Source of the DNA: an uncultured Thermoplasmata archaeon
Lineage (GTDB): Archaea; Thermoplasmatota; Thermoplasmata; Halarchaeoplasmatales; Halarchaeoplasmataceae
Assembly: GCA_964399335.1 (NCBI GenBank)
Contig: CAYNQI010000019.1
Location: forward strand, 1-19,919
Reading direction: 5' to 3'
Length of the DNA stretch: 19,919 nt
Below the pieces are notes generated by a model. It saw only the letters and a program-made list of their open reading frames with translations. It did no database searches and was not told the DNA's origin. The position numbers and the translations under genes are program-made. Shown one piece after another: positions 16,468-19,919 of the stretch (position 1 is its first letter; every line of letters begins with the position of its first letter).

Positions 16468-16857
16468 ATGGCAATGAAAAGGGACGTAGAAGAGCTGTTT
16501 GAGAATTCTATAGAGGCAAACGATATACATGCTATCGCTTTGACATCTAAAAATGGTATACCCATAGCGAGTAAATTAAAAGAGGGAAACGAACATGAAA
16601 GTTTTAGTACCCTATCCGCTACTATACTAGGTGCCTCTGAAGTTATATTCTCAGCATTTAAAAAGGAACAACCAGACGATATATTGATAAAATCAAATGA
16701 CTCTATACTATTGATCAGGGAAATAAAATCTGATTCCGTACTTGCTTTGATGGGAAAATTAAAAGATAAAGATAAACTCATAGAAGTTATGGGTAATATA
16801 TCAAAGGAAATGGAGGATATAATAGAAAATTCTCCTAAATTCGAGGTGGCAAAATGA
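16468..16857 (+). CDS. Roadblock/LC7 (MglB-like) domain protein
   Basis: 129 aa; IALTSKNGIPIAS and FSTLSATILGASE match the Roadblock/LC7 pattern. SD GGAG at 16455-16458. Confidence 0.85.
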   Translation: MAMKRDVEELFENSIEANDIHAIALTSKNGIPIASKLKEGNEHESFSTLSATILGASEVIFSAFKKEQPDDILIKSNDSILLIREIKSDSVLALMGKLKDKDKLIEVMGNISKEMEDIIENSPKFEVAK

Positions 16858-18368
16858 CAAATGTAGAAGGTATTCCAAAAGAGATAATAGAATTTTTAAA
16901 AAAAGGTGGTGGATCATCCCTATTCCTTAAGGGTTCTGCAGGAACAGGTAAAACAACTTTAGCACTACAATTGATCGAAGAGATGGGACATCCTGATAAG
17001 AGTTTTTATCTATCAACTAGGGTATCGGATCAAAGCCTATACAATCAATTTCCATGGCTGGAAGAAAAAGAGATGAGGAGTAGAATTTTAGACTCAAGTA
17101 AAATATTTTTAGAAACGATTTATTCTGACGAAGAAAAAGAAGATGAAGATGAATTACCAGAATCTGAAAAAAAGAAAATAGAATCTGCGAGGAAATTTTT
17201 AGATAATATCGAAGAAAGAGGGGTTCCTGAAAAAGTCGATAGAACTCATCTAAATAGCTTAGATGAAAAAATACCTTCTTTAGTAAGGATATATGACAGG
17301 ATAGACAATATATTACCTGAAAGACCTATGTTGGTCATCGATAGTATTGAAGGTATTACAAGTAAATATGGTATCGATGAGGAAACTTTTATAATGACTC
17401 TTCAAAAGGATCTTGCTGAAAACTCTAATACAAATTTGATAATGGTTTTAGAAAAATCCGATGCAAAATCTTTAGAGTACTTAGTAGATGGTGTAACAGA
17501 ATTGAATAGGTACCAGTTAGATAAGAGAAATGTTCGAGAGATAAGGATGATAAAATTAAGAGGTATCGGTATAAAACAACCATCTTATCTCATGACCTTA
17601 AGCGGCGGCAGATTCAAATGCTTCGAACCCTATCAAATACCTGAAACGGGTGAATTAGAATGGGAATCTTTAGAGACTACAGAAGGTAAATACAGCACGG
17701 GGACTAAAGATCTCGACGATATCCTCAACGGTGGATTTGATAAAGGAACTTACAACGTTTTCGAGGTTAAAGAAAATGTCAGTAACGAGGAATATTTCTC
17801 GGTTATAAGACCAATATTTTTAAATTTCTTGACAAAAGATCGAGGCGTTCTTGCTGTTCTCTCCGGAGGTACACATCCAGAGAACCTAAGAGATGACTTA
17901 ATACGGTTTATTAATCCAGAACGATTCAACGAACGTTTTAGAATTGTGGACTACTTTACACCAGATACAGATAAACCATATATGATGGCACTAGGTGGTA
18001 AGAGTAGAGACGAAGTTGGACAGATATATTCTAAACACATAAGCGAGATCAGGGGTGAGGAAGATAGACCCCTATTAGAATACACTGGGTTCGATACCAT
18101 GGAGTATCTGATGGGTAACGAAATCGCCATAAAAGAACTCCTTGAGGCCGTGGCAAATACCAAGGCATCTAACAAGTTAGGTATCGGTATAGTTAAGCAT
18201 GGATTGAAAGTTGCTAGTGAAATCAAGAACATGGCTGACAACTACTTCGTGATAGCTAGCATAAACAAAACACCCTGTATATATGGTATCAAACCAAAAA
18301 CTGGACTCTATGCCATAGTCAGTGAGGAAAAGAGGATCCCACATATAGATTTAGTTCCGATCATGTGA
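16854..18368 (+). CDS. Two-domain RecA-superfamily ATPase, GvpD/KaiC-like
   Basis: Domain 1: GSAGTGKTT Walker A, LVIDSIE Walker B, KLRG arginine finger. Domain 2 starts STGTKDLDDILNGG but has no GK[TS]. ATGA overlap with the Roadblock gene. Confidence 0.85.
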   Translation: MTNVEGIPKEIIEFLKKGGGSSLFLKGSAGTGKTTLALQLIEEMGHPDKSFYLSTRVSDQSLYNQFPWLEEKEMRSRILDSSKIFLETIYSDEEKEDEDELPESEKKKIESARKFLDNIEERGVPEKVDRTHLNSLDEKIPSLVRIYDRIDNILPERPMLVIDSIEGITSKYGIDEETFIMTLQKDLAENSNTNLIMVLEKSDAKSLEYLVDGVTELNRYQLDKRNVREIRMIKLRGIGIKQPSYLMTLSGGRFKCFEPYQIPETGELEWESLETTEGKYSTGTKDLDDILNGGFDKGTYNVFEVKENVSNEEYFSVIRPIFLNFLTKDRGVLAVLSGGTHPENLRDDLIRFINPERFNERFRIVDYFTPDTDKPYMMALGGKSRDEVGQIYSKHISEIRGEEDRPLLEYTGFDTMEYLMGNEIAIKELLEAVANTKASNKLGIGIVKHGLKVASEIKNMADNYFVIASINKTPCIYGIKPKTGLYAIVSEEKRIPHIDLVPIM

Positions 18369-19016
18369 TCAATATCCGTATTCTCCTTTCAAAGGTACGA
18401 ACAATACCCCACCCAAATCCTTTTTCTTTATTTTATTCTCCTCGGTTTTAACTGCTAGTATTAAGTTCTGATAGAAAGAACCTCCAACAGGTATCAGTAT
18501 CTTGCCACCGATCTTTAATTGCTTTAATAAAGGTGGAGGTATCTCCGGAGCACCACAGGCAACTGAAATACGGTCATAGGGGGATTCCTGTTTAAATCCT
18601 TTAGAACCGTCGCCAATTACGACTTTAACATTACTGTATCCAGCCCCTTTTAAGACTGTTTTTGCATCACTAGCTAGTGATTCCAATAATTCCACTGTGA
18701 TAACTCTACCTTTTTCACCAACTACTTCTGCAATAACGGCAGCATGATATCCTCTTCCTCCTCCGATCTCTAAGACCTTTTGACCTTCTTTTAAATCTAA
18801 ATTCTCCACCATCATTGCAACCATATGTGGAGCGGAAATAGTCTGACCCTGGCCGATGGGTTGTGGACTATCTACATAAGCCCTCGACTTAACATTTTCT
18901 GGTACGAATAGGTGTCTAGGTACTTTGCTCATAGCCATTTCAACTTGCTCACTTTCTATATATCCATGGCGTTTCAGTCTTTGAACAAGTTTGGACCTTT
19001 CATGTTCATAACTCAT
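18369..19016 (-). CDS. pcm: Protein-L-isoaspartate O-methyltransferase
   Basis: VPRHLFVP, GQTISAPHMVA, VLEIGGGRGYHAA, GDGS.G and GG.ILIPVG motifs. ATG 19016 gives an ATGA overlap with the upstream regulator (ATG 19034 is less likely). Confidence 0.95.
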   Translation of the reverse strand: MSYEHERSKLVQRLKRHGYIESEQVEMAMSKVPRHLFVPENVKSRAYVDSPQPIGQGQTISAPHMVAMMVENLDLKEGQKVLEIGGGRGYHAAVIAEVVGEKGRVITVELLESLASDAKTVLKGAGYSNVKVVIGDGSKGFKQESPYDRISVACGAPEIPPPLLKQLKIGGKILIPVGGSFYQNLILAVKTEENKIKKKDLGGVLFVPLKGEYGY

Positions 19017-19546
19017 TTTTTCATCTCCAGCCATGTATCGACGAATCTGTCAACCGCTTTATCGATAAATGAAGCTTTATAGGTTATAAGTACTTGGGCG
19101 ATTTTATTTTCGTCGGAGCAGTAAAAAATTTTCTTCCTCCCTTGTTTCTTAAAATCTATCAATCCTTTCTCGTTGAGTTTTTTCAGGTGAAAAGAAAGTG
19201 TGGATTTGGATATGTCTACATCTTTAAGTATATCTGAGAAACCGGCTTCACCTTCATTCAGAAGCTTGATAAGGATCTGTCGTGGTATATTTTGCCTTAG
19301 AATCGAGATTATCTTCCTATCGGGATAATCAACTTCATCATCTACGAAATAGCGTTTTTTGTTATCGGCCATTTTACTTGAGAGAATACCTTTGTCTTCA
19401 AGGTATTTTAAGTGATATTCTGCTTGACCCATTGAAATATCTAAATCGCTTTGAATCTCTCTAAGATAAGTACCGGGATATTTGGATATTTTATCGAAAA
19501 TATCTCTCCTGACCTCTAATTCCAGGGCCTCTTTTCTCTCATTCAT
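19013..19546 (-). CDS. Tandem winged helix-turn-helix transcriptional regulator, module B
   Basis: Two HTH units (PGTYLREIQSDLDISMGQAEYHLKYLE; FSDILKDVDISKSTLSFHLKKL). Paralog of 643..1149. Confidence 0.88.
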   Translation of the reverse strand: MNERKEALELEVRRDIFDKISKYPGTYLREIQSDLDISMGQAEYHLKYLEDKGILSSKMADNKKRYFVDDEVDYPDRKIISILRQNIPRQILIKLLNEGEAGFSDILKDVDISKSTLSFHLKKLNEKGLIDFKKQGRKKIFYCSDENKIAQVLITYKASFIDKAVDRFVDTWLEMKK

Positions 19547-19555
19547 TAAAACGTA

Positions 19556-19822
19556 TCACTCCTTCAACACGGAAAGGTATAGCATGAATATTATGACAAG
19601 ATCGATGACCAGCATACTTATGACAGGAGGGTCAAAAGGTGAGAGAGATGTGTACGTAGCGATCAGGGCGTAAATTCCCTTGATCCCAAATATTAGAAAG
19701 GCAGTCGAGATGAATAATAATTTGTTTTTTCCAACCCTTTTGTAACTGATCATACCTACGATAGCTTGTAGTAAGGAAAAGCCAGCTACGCATATCGCCA
19801 AGAAAGAATACAGGACTCCCAT
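19556..19822 (-). CDS. Small (88 aa) membrane protein, 3 predicted TM helices; partner of the downstream wHTH regulator (module B)
   Basis: Three hydrophobic helices; paralog of 367..636; ends in the same K-E-stop sequence. Confidence 0.82.
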   Translation of the reverse strand: MGVLYSFLAICVAGFSLLQAIVGMISYKRVGKNKLLFISTAFLIFGIKGIYALIATYTSLSPFDPPVISMLVIDLVIIFMLYLSVLKE

Positions 19823-19851
19823 GATATCACAAATCTGGAGTGTTCTAATCG

Positions 19852-19865
19852 TTTAAAGTTTTTTC
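19852..19865 (-). promoter_or_regulatory. Putative BRE/TATA promoter of module B
   Basis: Minus strand reads GAAAAAAC TTTAAA, with the TATA element ~30 nt upstream of ATG 19822. Confidence 0.5.
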
Positions 19866-19919
19866 TTTAAAGATATAAAACATTTATAATACATGATGTT
19901 GATTAGTATCGTGAAATAA

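Noticed and set aside
16854-18368. Gas-vesicle cluster or circadian clock
   Set aside because: No gvpA/gvpE or kaiA/kaiB-like genes are in the window, and the second domain lacks a P-loop. Only family-level similarity is supported.
453-19673. Remaining short ORFs in the track opposite or inside called genes (e.g. 453-656, 7135-7368, 12597-12923, 16443-16781, 19482-19673)
   Set aside because: They fully overlap well-supported genes and show no recognisable motifs or translation signals.
367-19822. Inward-facing paralogous modules as the ends of a composite transposon or island
   Set aside because: Similarity is at the protein level only. There is no transposase, integrase or terminal repeat, and the interior holds core genes (tfb, csl4).

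Overview
Archaeal chromosomal window, most likely Thermoplasmatota. This is inferred from TFB, Csl4, MptE, DUF373, archaeal BRE/TATA and GGAGG/GGTGA signals, and a very acidic surface protein that hints at a saline habitat. I found no rRNA, tRNA, CRISPR or mobile element. The centre is mostly housekeeping: trxB-like reductase, TraB-domain protein, CDF transporter, aminotransferase, DUF373, mptE, tfb, a conserved hypothetical, METTL5-like methyltransferase and csl4. Three blocks stand out. (1) Two paralogous two-gene modules, each a ~89-aa three-TM membrane protein plus a tandem winged-HTH regulator, lie at opposite ends of the window. In both, the same AAGGAGTGA (K-E-stop) doubles as the likely ribosome-binding site of the regulator. 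(2) A 1777-aa protein combines a predicted cytoplasmic helix-hairpin-helix, Zn ribbon and GFINGL repeats with a TM helix, a ~1350-aa acidic exodomain containing a 400-aa duplication, and a PEF-CTERM-like tail. (3) Two small coiled-coil proteins, a Roadblock/LC7 protein and a two-domain GvpD/KaiC-like ATPase follow csl4. All family calls come from motif recognition by eye, not database searches.
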